DNA of 64,000 bases from assembly GCA_041697335.1 (NCBI GenBank), contig JBGUGD010000001.1, positions 113,741 to 177,740 of the forward strand, read 5' to 3'. Position 1 is the stretch's first letter. The number at the start of each line of letters is the position of its first letter. Source of the stretch: Vampirovibrionaceae bacterium NZW_1234. Its GTDB lineage: Bacteria; Cyanobacteriota; Vampirovibrionia; Vampirovibrionales; JAGQHJ01. Both the position numbers and the translations under genes were made by a program. Below are positions 29,910 to 38,807 of the stretch, one piece after another. A model generated the notes under the pieces. It did not search any database. It worked only from the letters and a program-made list of their open reading frames with translations, and was not told the DNA's origin.

Positions 29910-31165
29910 CAGAAGGTTTTCTCAGTTTTGTCGGGGTGCGGTGCAATGGGCATACCATCGGCGAGCATTTGCATCCCGGTAACGATAATCTGCTCACCGG
30001 CTTTCAGGCCCGAGGTCACCACATAGCGGTTTCCTTGAAGGCCACCCAGGGTGACGGCTTGCTGATGGGCAACATAGCCTTTGGGGCCTGCGGCTTTGGG
30101 AACGAAAACGAAGTCCCGACCATTGTTCTTGACCACGGCCAGGGCGGGAATCAGCAACCCTTGGGAATGATTCCAAATAACCCGGGCCCGGTACTGTTGA
30201 TCGGCACCCAACAGGTGTCGGGCATTGTTGATTAGGGCTTTGACCAGCAAGGTCTGGGTGTCGGGGTCGGTATTGGGGGCAATAAAGAACAGACGGCTTT
30301 CGGACAGGACTTTTCCGGCGCTGTCGAGGATCTGGACCGGGAGGTTGGACTGCAGGGCGGCCCGTTTTTCGGCAGGGACATACAGATAGGCTTCAATCGG
30401 GCCGGGATCGACCAGGGTCAGCAACGTGCTTTGGGGCGTGACATAGTCACCCACGTGAACCGGCACATCACCGACCACGCCTTGAAACGGGGCTCTCACC
30501 CAAAACTGGCTCAAGCGCACCTGCTGTAGATTCACCTGGGCCTGGGATTGGAGCATGTTGGCCTTGCTTCGCTGAACAACGGCCTGCTGGGCCTTGATCT
30601 GGTTTGTGAGGTTGTCCACTTGAGACCGGGCCCGGGTGAGGGCGGCCTGGTATTGGTCTAATTCATTGGGACTGGCGGCTTTCTGAGTGTAGAGCTGCTG
30701 GTAGCGATCGAATTGGCTTTGGGCGAGCTTCAGTTCGGCCTGGGCTGATTGCAGCTGCGCCTGTAACACCGGAACTTGGGCCTGGCTGGCCTGGCCTTCG
30801 GCAACGGCCACCCGGGTACCGGCCTGGGCACTTTGGACATTGGCTTGTTGTTCATTGGGCTCAATTTCGATCAGAACCTGACCTTGCCCCACCGCTTGCC
30901 CAGAGCGGACATTGACGCTCAAGACTCGCCCATCGACTTTGGGGGACAGGGTAATGGATTTTCGGGAGCGCAGGGTGGCCAGGTATTCGGAGGCCTCTTC
31001 CACATCGCCAATAGCCACCGGCTGGGTCGAGACGGGTAGCATCATGGGAGGTCCGCCTTGGGGTGGACCGGAGTGGCAGCCAGTGAACAGGCCGGAGACC
31101 ATGACGCTCAATGCGAGGACGAAAGCGAGGGTTTTGTAGGGATGTTGAGGGCGGGTTGCGGGCAT
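29909..31165 (-). CDS. RND periplasmic adaptor (MFP) lipoprotein
   Basis: Lipobox FTGC, long coiled-coil hairpin, RAPFQGVVG, GLKAGEQII. Confidence 0.95.
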   Translation of the reverse strand: MPATRPQHPYKTLAFVLALSVMVSGLFTGCHSGPPQGGPPMMLPVSTQPVAIGDVEEASEYLATLRSRKSITLSPKVDGRVLSVNVRSGQAVGQGQVLIEIEPNEQQANVQSAQAGTRVAVAEGQASQAQVPVLQAQLQSAQAELKLAQSQFDRYQQLYTQKAASPNELDQYQAALTRARSQVDNLTNQIKAQQAVVQRSKANMLQSQAQVNLQQVRLSQFWVRAPFQGVVGDVPVHVGDYVTPQSTLLTLVDPGPIEAYLYVPAEKRAALQSNLPVQILDSAGKVLSESRLFFIAPNTDPDTQTLLVKALINNARHLLGADQQYRARVIWNHSQGLLIPALAVVKNNGRDFVFVPKAAGPKGYVAHQQAVTLGGLQGNRYVVTSGLKAGEQIIVTGMQMLADGMPIAPHPDKTEKTF

Positions 31166-32628
31166 TAGTAGGTTCCTCCAACCGCTTTATACAGACTGAG
31201 GGCGTCCACCAGGACGTCGGTTTTGGCTTGGGAAATCCGTTGCAGCAGTTGCAGGCGTTCAATGCGCAACGGGTTTAAATCGGGTTCCACAATAAGACCG
31301 GCTTCCAGCTTGGCTTGCTGCGTGGCCAGGCGATCGGTGACCCGGGTCAGCTTGTTCTCATAATCCACCAGGGTTTCTTTATGGGTTTTGAGCGAAGCCA
31401 GCGCATCTTCCGTTTCGCGAAAGGCGCCGTAAATCGTGTCAAAGTAGCGGTGCAGCTGGCTTTCGTGCTCGGCCTTGTGGAGATCCAGGTTGGCCCGGTT
31501 CAAGCCACCGGCATAGAGCGAGCCCACCAGGGACGCACTAAAGGCCAGCAGGCGGCTTTGCCAGTTGAACAGGGTGCCCAGGTTCGTGGTAAACAGCCCG
31601 GACTGTGGGCTGAGCTGTAATTTGGGGAAGTATTCCTTGCGGGCCACCTGAACATCCAGTTTCGTGGCTCTGAGACGGGCTTCTTCGGCCAGAATATCGG
31701 GGCGCCGTGTGAGCAGCACTGAGGGCACCGACAAGGCTTCGACATCGGGCAAGGGAATGTCGTCAAGGGGCCTGAGGGCCGGCGCATCGAACTGGGCCGG
31801 GGCTTTGCCGGTCAGATAGGCCAGCTCGTTCAGGGCATATTCTTTCAATCGGACATAGCCTTCGCGCTCGGCTTTGGCGTCCAAAAACAGCTGTTCCTCA
31901 ACCCGCATGGCATCGGCGGTGACCAAACCGGCTTTCTCCCGAAGCTCCTGGCGGTGGATGTTTTCCTGGAGTTCCTCGATGAGTTCGTCCTGGATGCGAA
32001 TGGCTTGCTCTGCCCCAATGAGGTTAAAGTAGGCGCTGGCCACATCGGTCTGCAGGCTCAGGCGTGTTGCCTGGTAATCCCATTGGGCGCCATCGGCCCG
32101 TTGGGCTTCGGCCATTTGGCGATCCCGGTTTTTCAGCCAGATGTCGGCTTCGTAGTTGACGTTTAAGGGGATGGTATAGATCCGCACGGTTCTGCCCGGG
32201 GCAAAGGCCAAGCCCTGGCTCCCGCTGGCCTGGTTGAAGTTTTGTGCGCCCAGGGTGGCCGAAAAGCGCTGGACCGTATAGCTGGGGGAGGTTGTGACGG
32301 TGGGAAGGCGAGAGGCCCGGATCATTCGAACGTAGGCTTCGGCTCGTTTGCCTTCGGCCTGGGTGGCCAAAAGATTTTGGTTGTGGGTGACAGCTGTTTT
32401 CAGCAGACCCTCCAAAGCCGGGCTCTGGAACGTCTGCCACCAAGCCTCTTCCGAGGGGGCCGTGGTGGCTTGAATATCATCCACGCCGATGCCTCGCCAT
32501 TGGGTGGGCAGATCCGGCTGAGGCATCGCTTCGGGTGTTTTCTTAGGCTTGGCCATGGCCAGATCGTGGCCCTGCGTGGTGCAGAGGCCGATGACAGACA
32601 GTGCCAAAAACAGGGACCTTAGAGACAT
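31165..32628 (-). CDS. Outer membrane efflux factor (OprM/TolC family)
   Basis: WWQTF, YEADIW, RRPDILAEE, SLYKAVGG. Confidence 0.93.
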   Translation of the reverse strand: MSLRSLFLALSVIGLCTTQGHDLAMAKPKKTPEAMPQPDLPTQWRGIGVDDIQATTAPSEEAWWQTFQSPALEGLLKTAVTHNQNLLATQAEGKRAEAYVRMIRASRLPTVTTSPSYTVQRFSATLGAQNFNQASGSQGLAFAPGRTVRIYTIPLNVNYEADIWLKNRDRQMAEAQRADGAQWDYQATRLSLQTDVASAYFNLIGAEQAIRIQDELIEELQENIHRQELREKAGLVTADAMRVEEQLFLDAKAEREGYVRLKEYALNELAYLTGKAPAQFDAPALRPLDDIPLPDVEALSVPSVLLTRRPDILAEEARLRATKLDVQVARKEYFPKLQLSPQSGLFTTNLGTLFNWQSRLLAFSASLVGSLYAGGLNRANLDLHKAEHESQLHRYFDTIYGAFRETEDALASLKTHKETLVDYENKLTRVTDRLATQQAKLEAGLIVEPDLNPLRIERLQLLQRISQAKTDVLVDALSLYKAVGGTY

Positions 32629-33173
32629 GAGCCGGTTTCCTCCTGGACACGCTGTAACACATTGGCGATCATGTCCGGATCCACGGGGATGCCCAGCATC
32701 TGGTTAAACCAAATCCCATCCCCGATAAGACGAATGATAAAGGCCGACGTGGGATCCAGGCCGTCATTCTGGAGGCGCTCCTGAATGCTGTTGATTTGGG
32801 TCAGGATGGGCTCCAGTAGCTTGGGGTTGTTGGCAATGACGGCAATCAGGGTGGAGCAGAGCTTCTGGGACGGATTCTCACATTCATCTTTTTGGTAGGC
32901 CACGTTCAAGTAGGCCCGGGCAAAGCGGCCCCGGGGCTCCGGGTCGTTAAAGACCTGATCCTTGAGTTCCTGGTTCATCCCCGCGATTTGGCGATGGATG
33001 AGCCCCACCATCATGTCTTCCTTGCTTTTGAAGTGGTAGAGAAGGCCGCCTTTACTCAAGGAGGCTTTTTGGGCCACGGCATCCAGGGTCAGGTGCATGG
33101 CGCCTTGGGTGACGAGGATGTCTTGGGCGGCATCCAGGATTTTATCTCGGGTGTCGTCGGCTTTGGCATTCAT
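32619..33173 (-). CDS. TetR/AcrR-family transcriptional regulator
   Basis: LTLDAVAQKASLSKGGLLYHFKSKE HTH. Confidence 0.95.
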   Translation of the reverse strand: MNAKADDTRDKILDAAQDILVTQGAMHLTLDAVAQKASLSKGGLLYHFKSKEDMMVGLIHRQIAGMNQELKDQVFNDPEPRGRFARAYLNVAYQKDECENPSQKLCSTLIAVIANNPKLLEPILTQINSIQERLQNDGLDPTSAFIIRLIGDGIWFNQMLGIPVDPDMIANVLQRVQEETGSCL

Positions 33174-33201
33174 AGGGGTAATGTTCCTTTAGATCAGTTT
33201 T

Positions 33202-33230
33202 ACTGTACCGTCTAGACGGTTTTTTTGCAA
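33202..33230 (-). promoter_or_regulatory. sigma70 promoter of the tetR-efflux operon with palindromic operator
   Basis: TTGCAA-17-TACAGT on the minus strand; perfect palindrome ACCGTCTAGACGGT at 33207-33220. Confidence 0.8.
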
Positions 33231-33362
33231 GCGTCTTTTTTGACAAGGGTTTGGGAGTGGCGGGCGCAAGCATGAGAGGTGGATTTGGAGCCGAATCGGG
33301 AGAGTCGGGCCGGGGGATTGGAATGCTATGATGGGATCACTGTGAGCGAGGCGAGATGCGTG

Positions 33363-33869
33363 ATGTTCTCTCTTGAGGCCGAAAACCCTTTTCAGCTTTT
33401 GACCTTTATTGTGGCCCCGGCGATATTGACCAATTCATCGTCCGTTTTGTCTTTGAGTACGTCGAACCGCTTTGCCCGGGTGGTGGATCGGTCTCGGGTG
33501 CTCTACGATCGCCTGGCTCATCCGGAGAAGCTTCGGCGGGAGGAAAAGGAGCTTTACCAGCGACAGTTGCAGCTGATTGGGCGGCGCTCGCTGCTTCTGG
33601 TTCGTGCCCTCACGTGGTTTTATGTGTCTGTGGGCGCCTTTGCCGCCACGGCGCTGATCTCCCTGGTGGGGGCGGGGGTGTCGTTTTTGCATTATCTGTC
33701 GGCGGCCAAGCTGGCCATTGCCGTCAGTTTGTTCTGTGGCATCGTCGGTGTGGTTGGCCTGGTGACCGGTGCCGGGATGCTGGTGCTGGAGATGTGGTTG
33801 GCCCAGCATTTCCTGCGGGCCGAAGTGACGTTAACCGAGTCTTTGCTGGCAGAAATTCAAGAGTCTTAG
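33363..33869 (+). CDS. DUF2721-family membrane protein
   Basis: IVAPAILT..STSNRFARVVDRSR motif plus TM helices. Confidence 0.85.
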   Translation: MFSLEAENPFQLLTFIVAPAILTNSSSVLSLSTSNRFARVVDRSRVLYDRLAHPEKLRREEKELYQRQLQLIGRRSLLLVRALTWFYVSVGAFAATALISLVGAGVSFLHYLSAAKLAIAVSLFCGIVGVVGLVTGAGMLVLEMWLAQHFLRAEVTLTESLLAEIQES

Positions 33870-35116
33870 ACGCTGAGGGTGCAGGCCGGAGTCTCGGGTT
33901 CGGGTGGGCGCTGTCCTGAGCCGGTATGAATGGCCTGGAGCACCTCGTTCAGGCGAGGATTGCCGCGTTGGGCGTAGCTGATGCGGCCGCTTTTGTCGAT
34001 GACATAGACCGTGCGGTTGACCAGGAGCCCCCACAGCATCATGGCCTTGTATCGGCGGCAGACGGCTTTGTTCTTGTCCGTGAGGATCGGGTAGTGGACA
34101 TTGATTTGAGAGCCAAACCGGGCATGGGATTTGACGGATTGCGGGTTAATGGCCACGACGACGGCATCCAGGGCGGCGATGTCATCGGGGTGGCTGGCAA
34201 ATTTTTTGAGCTGGGACGAGCAGGTGGGCGTATTGTCCATGGGATAGAACAGGAGGATGACGTGTTTTTTGCCGATGAAATCGGCCAGATGAAAGAAATT
34301 GCCGTGTTGATCGGGGAGGGAGAACAGCGGGGCCTCTGTGCCCAGGGCCAGGGGGGCATCTTCCAATAGATCTTTGTTATGGATGTGAGTCGGGGTTTCC
34401 GGGGTGATGCACGAGGCATGGATGGAGTTTAGCGGGCCAAACAGCATCAGCAGGTCTCCCTGTTCAATGCGATAGTCTGGAGCCGGAAAGGCCACAGACT
34501 CATGGGCCTTGGTCACGTTCAGGACCGAGATGTTGCGGCCGCTAATCCCGGTTTCAGCCAGTGTGCGGTTCAGCATGGGGTTTTTTTCGCAGATTTCCAG
34601 CTGCACAATACCATTGCCGTTGGCACAGATGGCCACCTGCTCGTACATGACCGGTTCAACCAGATGCTCATGAAGGAGCCATTGGGTCACCATCTCTTTA
34701 ATCAGTCGGGAGACGGCGGGTTTGGAGAGGAACCTTTGGACGGCGTAGACCCCGAAAATCAGGGCGCAGAGCAGGAGGATGGGTTTGCTGAAGGTGACAC
34801 CGAAGAGAATGATTTGGTTGTCTAACGAGGCCACCAGCTGAGGGCTGGCCACCAGGGTGCCGACGAGGGTGGCCATGGTGGTGATGATGCCGGCGTTGCC
34901 GAAGCGGATGAGGTTGCGGATGATCTTGCGTCGCTGGGGGAGGCGCACGGCCAGTTCGGCTTCCTGGGTGGTGAAACCGGTGCCGGAAAAAGCGGACGAA
35001 GCCTGGAAGAGGGCCTGATCTGGGGTGAGGCCCGTAATCTCAAGGGCAATGGCGCCGATGCGGGTGACGACGGCGGACATCATCAAGGCCAGAATAAGAA
35101 GAAGCAGGCTAATCAT
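33866..35116 (-). CDS. Fusion of membrane domain, RCK-C (TrkA-C) and BCP/PrxQ-type peroxiredoxin
   Basis: TGL..DQALFQASSAFSGTGFTTQEAE..QRRKI N-domain; RCK-C (PAPDYRIEQGDLL); FYPMDNTPTC peroxidatic motif and NRTVYVID. Confidence 0.85.
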   Translation of the reverse strand: MISLLLLILALMMSAVVTRIGAIALEITGLTPDQALFQASSAFSGTGFTTQEAELAVRLPQRRKIIRNLIRFGNAGIITTMATLVGTLVASPQLVASLDNQIILFGVTFSKPILLLCALIFGVYAVQRFLSKPAVSRLIKEMVTQWLLHEHLVEPVMYEQVAICANGNGIVQLEICEKNPMLNRTLAETGISGRNISVLNVTKAHESVAFPAPDYRIEQGDLLMLFGPLNSIHASCITPETPTHIHNKDLLEDAPLALGTEAPLFSLPDQHGNFFHLADFIGKKHVILLFYPMDNTPTCSSQLKKFASHPDDIAALDAVVVAINPQSVKSHARFGSQINVHYPILTDKNKAVCRRYKAMMLWGLLVNRTVYVIDKSGRISYAQRGNPRLNEVLQAIHTGSGQRPPEPETPACTLSV

Positions 35117-35185
35117 TGGGGTTAGAACTCTCTTGGACGTTCAAGGGAATGCGTTTTCGCTGTGGTGGGTTCTGACAGGATTATC

Positions 35186-36604
35186 TCACATCTGGGCCTG
35201 TTCGGCAGCGGGGCCGGGGAAGGTTTTGGAAAGAACGGCCTGGGGCGCGAGGATGCCGACAACGGGTGGGTTGTTCTTGGGGTTGAAATAGCGATCCAGC
35301 ACCCGCTGGACATCTTGCGGGGTGACCCGTTGGAGGGCCCACTCGGCTTCGGCCAGGGTTTCGGGGGAAAGTTGTCGGCTGAGGCGATTGGTATTGTGTT
35401 TGGTGATGCCCCAGGTGGACTGTAAGTGCTCTCGCACCTCCCGTAGCGCCATGTTCTTTAGCGATGCGACCTGCTGCGGGGTGATGGGGGTCTTCAAGAT
35501 CTCGGTCACGGTGTCGTTGTAGGCTTTCATGGTCTCGCCAATGGTATTGAAATCGACATCGGAGATCACCCCAAAGTAGCCACCCGTGCGGAATGTGTCG
35601 TACAGGGGGATGGGGGTATAGGTGAGGCCCCGTTCCACGCGGATGACTTTGTAAAAGGCGCTGCTGGGACTGCTGAAGTTGGCCTGGATCAGTTGGTAGG
35701 CGGGATAGTCCGGGTGGTTTTCCGGTGGGGTTCGCCAGGCGTAGAGCACCTGGGCGCGGTTGACCCCTTCTTTGGCAACCAGCACCCTGCGGGTGTCTGC
35801 TGCCGTAGGGAGGCTGGGGACACCTGGCAAGGGCCAAGCGGGTTGATAGGGGGAGGCATAGAATCCGGACGCTTGGACAGCCTGATTCAGGAGGGTCACC
35901 TGGTGGGAGGCTGGCTGAGGGGAGACCATCATCCAGCGGATCTGCTGGGGCAAGGCCAAGGCTTGGCGGTGGTAGCCCAGGACCTGATCCAGGGTAAACT
36001 TCCGGAGGGCCTGGATGCATTCCTCCGAGCTCAGGGCATAGGGATGGGTGGGGCCAAACAGGCGCTTCCTGACGGCAGCATCTAAAATCGAGATGGGACG
36101 GCTGAGCGTCTGTTTTTGCTCTTCGATGAGGTTGCCCTTGATTTTCTCGAATTCGTTGGGGTCGATGGTGGGACGTGTCAGCAAGTGGAGGGCAATCTGG
36201 GCTAAGTGGCCTTCCTGGCCCTGGGGTCCGGAGACGCTGAACAGAAGACCATCCTGGGTGGGGCGCAGTGAGGCGTCGATGCCTTGGGTGCTCAGGTCTT
36301 CCAGATACCGGCGTGTGGCCTCCGAGCCATCGATCAGGAGTTTGCTGATCAGGCCTTGCAGCCCCGGCATGGTGGCATTAAAGGGCAGTAGGGCACTGAG
36401 CTTGCTGGTGAACTGGTTGGGAACTTCAATGGCGAAGCACTCGGCGCCGTTGGCGAGAGTGGTGGGGGTGATGCGGCTTGTGGACGGTAGAGTGCCAGGG
36501 CCAGGTGCCATAGTCGTGGCGGAGCTGCCTGGAGTCAGAACCGGGGTGTAGTTGCCATAGGGCTGTTGGGGCCAGAGGCTTTGGAGCAGATACGGGCTAC
36601 TCAT
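35186..36604 (-). CDS. M16 peptidase-like subunit, probably non-catalytic
   Basis: M16 motifs (HPYAL, FYKVIRVERGLTY, VTPQDVQRV) but no HxxEH; ATG at 36604 after GAGGAGG. Confidence 0.8.
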   Translation of the reverse strand: MSSPYLLQSLWPQQPYGNYTPVLTPGSSATTMAPGPGTLPSTSRITPTTLANGAECFAIEVPNQFTSKLSALLPFNATMPGLQGLISKLLIDGSEATRRYLEDLSTQGIDASLRPTQDGLLFSVSGPQGQEGHLAQIALHLLTRPTIDPNEFEKIKGNLIEEQKQTLSRPISILDAAVRKRLFGPTHPYALSSEECIQALRKFTLDQVLGYHRQALALPQQIRWMMVSPQPASHQVTLLNQAVQASGFYASPYQPAWPLPGVPSLPTAADTRRVLVAKEGVNRAQVLYAWRTPPENHPDYPAYQLIQANFSSPSSAFYKVIRVERGLTYTPIPLYDTFRTGGYFGVISDVDFNTIGETMKAYNDTVTEILKTPITPQQVASLKNMALREVREHLQSTWGITKHNTNRLSRQLSPETLAEAEWALQRVTPQDVQRVLDRYFNPKNNPPVVGILAPQAVLSKTFPGPAAEQAQM

Positions 36605-36608
36605 CTCT

Positions 36609-38135
36609 CTATCCTCCTCTATGCCCTTGGCGCTGTGCTCCGGCACAGGCCAGGCTTGTAGTATGGTAGGGGGACCACCCCTGAAAGGCAGGCGGTCGGT
36701 CTCCTGAAACCTGCTTATTGGTTTTGGGTTCCGGGACGCCATAGACCAAGACATAGGAGGTCGGGTTTAAGACCGTCTGGATGGTCTGTTGCAGGTCCTC
36801 CGGCGTTAGGCTGTTGATGAGCCGTTCATAGTTTATGTAATCGTCCAGAGTGTTGCTGAAGAGGGCGTTGCCCATATCCATGGCACTGAACTGGGCTTCG
36901 TTCAGGTTTTTTCGAAAGTCAAAGCACGCTTTGGCCTTGAGTTGATCCAGGTGTTGCTGAGATATCGGGGTTCGTTGCAGGGCCCGTAGTTCCGACATCA
37001 GGGCGTTGGCGGTGGCTTGTTCTTTGCCCGGGGTGACTTCGGCCAGAATGGTGAATTTGCCTGTTTCCTTGCCGCTGGTGTTCCAGGCCTGAATATTGTT
37101 TGCCAGCGGGGAGCGATGTTGAAGGGCAAGGTTCAGAACCGCTTGGGGGCTTCCTGTCAGGTGATTGAGAACCAGATCCAACGCGGCACGGGTCTTGCTC
37201 TGGCGGTGTGGGATGCTGGGAAAGGCGAGCGTCACCATGCTGTAGGTCAGCATGGGGTCTGTGACGGTGGCGGTGCGAATCTCCCCTGGGCGAAGGGCGC
37301 GCTTCAGGGCGGCCCGGTTCGTGTCGGCAGGGCCTTGCGGGATGGTGCCAAAGTACTGATTCATTAGCTGGGCCGTTTGCCACGGGTCCATATCGCCGAT
37401 CATAACGGTCGCCATCTTGTCGGGGGTGTAGAAATGGGCCTTGAATGCGTTCAGGTCTGCGGGAGTCACCTTTCGGATGTCTTCCGGGCGGCCGCCGGTT
37501 TGAAATTCCGGGCGCTCGAAAAGCAACTCGTTCACCTTGCTGGTGACCTTGTTCCGGGGACTGGCGTTGTGTTGGGCGATTTCGTTCAGGACTTCCTTTT
37601 TGCACTGCTCAATGTCGGCTTCGGGGTAGACGGCGTTGAAGAGCATTTCGGCATGCATGGGGATGACCTGCTGGAGGGCCTCCCGGTTGACGGACAGCTC
37701 GTGGATGATCTGCTCGTCTTCGGTGCTGGCGTTACGGAAGGTGCCGGTGGCGTTGAGGTGAGCATCCAGGCTGTTCTTCTGCGGGTAGTTTTTGTGGGTC
37801 AGGAAGTGGCAGTGCTCGTCCAGGTGGGCGAGACCCGGTAGGAAGCCGTCTTTGGGGTAGAGGTAACTGGCATGGATGGGCTTTTCGTTGATGGATCCGG
37901 CATTGATGAAGGTTTTGATGCTGACAAAGCCGATGGGCCGCTGCTCTAAGACCAGGCGATAGCCGTTGTTGAGGCGAAACTGATAGAGCGGGTAACCGGC
38001 TGGAGACACCCGGCTGGCCTCCAGGGTCGGCATCGACATGGGGGCCATGGGCTGTGGCATCTGCCAGAGGCCTGGGCTGTAAAGGGGATAGGCTTGGTTG
38101 GAGGCCGGAAAGGCCGGGTATCCATAGATGGCCAT
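36609..38135 (-). CDS. M16 (pitrilysin/insulinase) zinc peptidase, catalytic subunit
   Basis: GLAHLDEH inverted zinc motif, NAST, KEVLNEI, HFYTPDKM. Confidence 0.9.
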   Translation of the reverse strand: MAIYGYPAFPASNQAYPLYSPGLWQMPQPMAPMSMPTLEASRVSPAGYPLYQFRLNNGYRLVLEQRPIGFVSIKTFINAGSINEKPIHASYLYPKDGFLPGLAHLDEHCHFLTHKNYPQKNSLDAHLNATGTFRNASTEDEQIIHELSVNREALQQVIPMHAEMLFNAVYPEADIEQCKKEVLNEIAQHNASPRNKVTSKVNELLFERPEFQTGGRPEDIRKVTPADLNAFKAHFYTPDKMATVMIGDMDPWQTAQLMNQYFGTIPQGPADTNRAALKRALRPGEIRTATVTDPMLTYSMVTLAFPSIPHRQSKTRAALDLVLNHLTGSPQAVLNLALQHRSPLANNIQAWNTSGKETGKFTILAEVTPGKEQATANALMSELRALQRTPISQQHLDQLKAKACFDFRKNLNEAQFSAMDMGNALFSNTLDDYINYERLINSLTPEDLQQTIQTVLNPTSYVLVYGVPEPKTNKQVSGDRPPAFQGWSPYHTTSLACAGAQRQGHRGG

Positions 38136-38165
38136 AGCGTGAAAAGTCCTGACTCAGATTGGGGG

Positions 38166-38192
38166 TAATCGGATAACGTTTCTCAAACTTCA
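38166..38192 (-). promoter_or_regulatory. sigma28 (FliA/SigD)-like promoter upstream of the M16 pair
   Basis: TGAAGTTT-N11-TCCGATTA versus consensus TAAAGTTT-N11-GCCGATAA, 30 bp before the ATG. Confidence 0.5.
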
Positions 38193-38215
38193 AAAATGCG
38201 TGATGGGATGCGAGG

Positions 38216-38494
38216 TGAGTAAAAATGGTTTTAAAAAGGCTTTATTTTGCCTCATTTTTACTCATGAAGCCTGCTCAGGCGGGGCGTTGGGTGAGATGAG
38301 TAAAATGGATTTTTTGAAAATCCCTCGTTTTTGCTCATTTTTACTCATCTTGGCGTGGCAGGGCTGGTTTTAATGCTGTTTGGAGCCGGGGTATTTCGGG
38401 TTGTCTGGCTGTGGGGTGAGTAAAATGGAGTTTTTGAAAATTCCTCATTTTTACTCATTTTTACTCGTTTTTACTCATTTTTGACTCATTTTTT
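38216..38494. repeat. Array of three palindromic AT-rich units with 10-bp CTCATTTTTA tandem repeats
   Basis: TGAGTAAAA(A)TGG ... CATTTTTACTCA units start at 38216, 38297 and 38417; five 10-mers at 38444-38494. Confidence 0.9.
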
Positions 38495-38807
38495 GCTGTT
38501 TTGACGCCTGGGTTTGATGTCCTGATGGACGCAGAGCCGAGGGGGGGTGTTGGGATTGGGGTTCGGGGAGGAGCGGGGCGGGAAGCGTGTTGGATATAAA
38601 TAGTATATCATTGAGTCGGTCAAAAGGCCCGGTTTTTCAGGAAATCTTTAGATTTAATGGCTGTAAAACCTTATCCGGTTTACCGTTTGGGGAAAACCAA
38701 CTGGAAGAAAATCGGGCATGGGATATTCCCCAGGTAAGTAAGACGCACCTACGGATGAGCATGCTAGTATGGCCCCATATTGAGTAGAGAATCGGGGATG
38801 ACGGCAG

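Noticed and set aside
35186..36754. Upstream start (36754) for the second M16 gene
   Set aside because: It would overlap the preceding gene by about 145 bp; ATG 36604 has a strong GAGGAGG RBS.
38216..38494. CRISPR array
   Set aside because: Only three degenerate ~50-bp units, unequal spacers, internal tandem 10-mers and no cas genes in the window.
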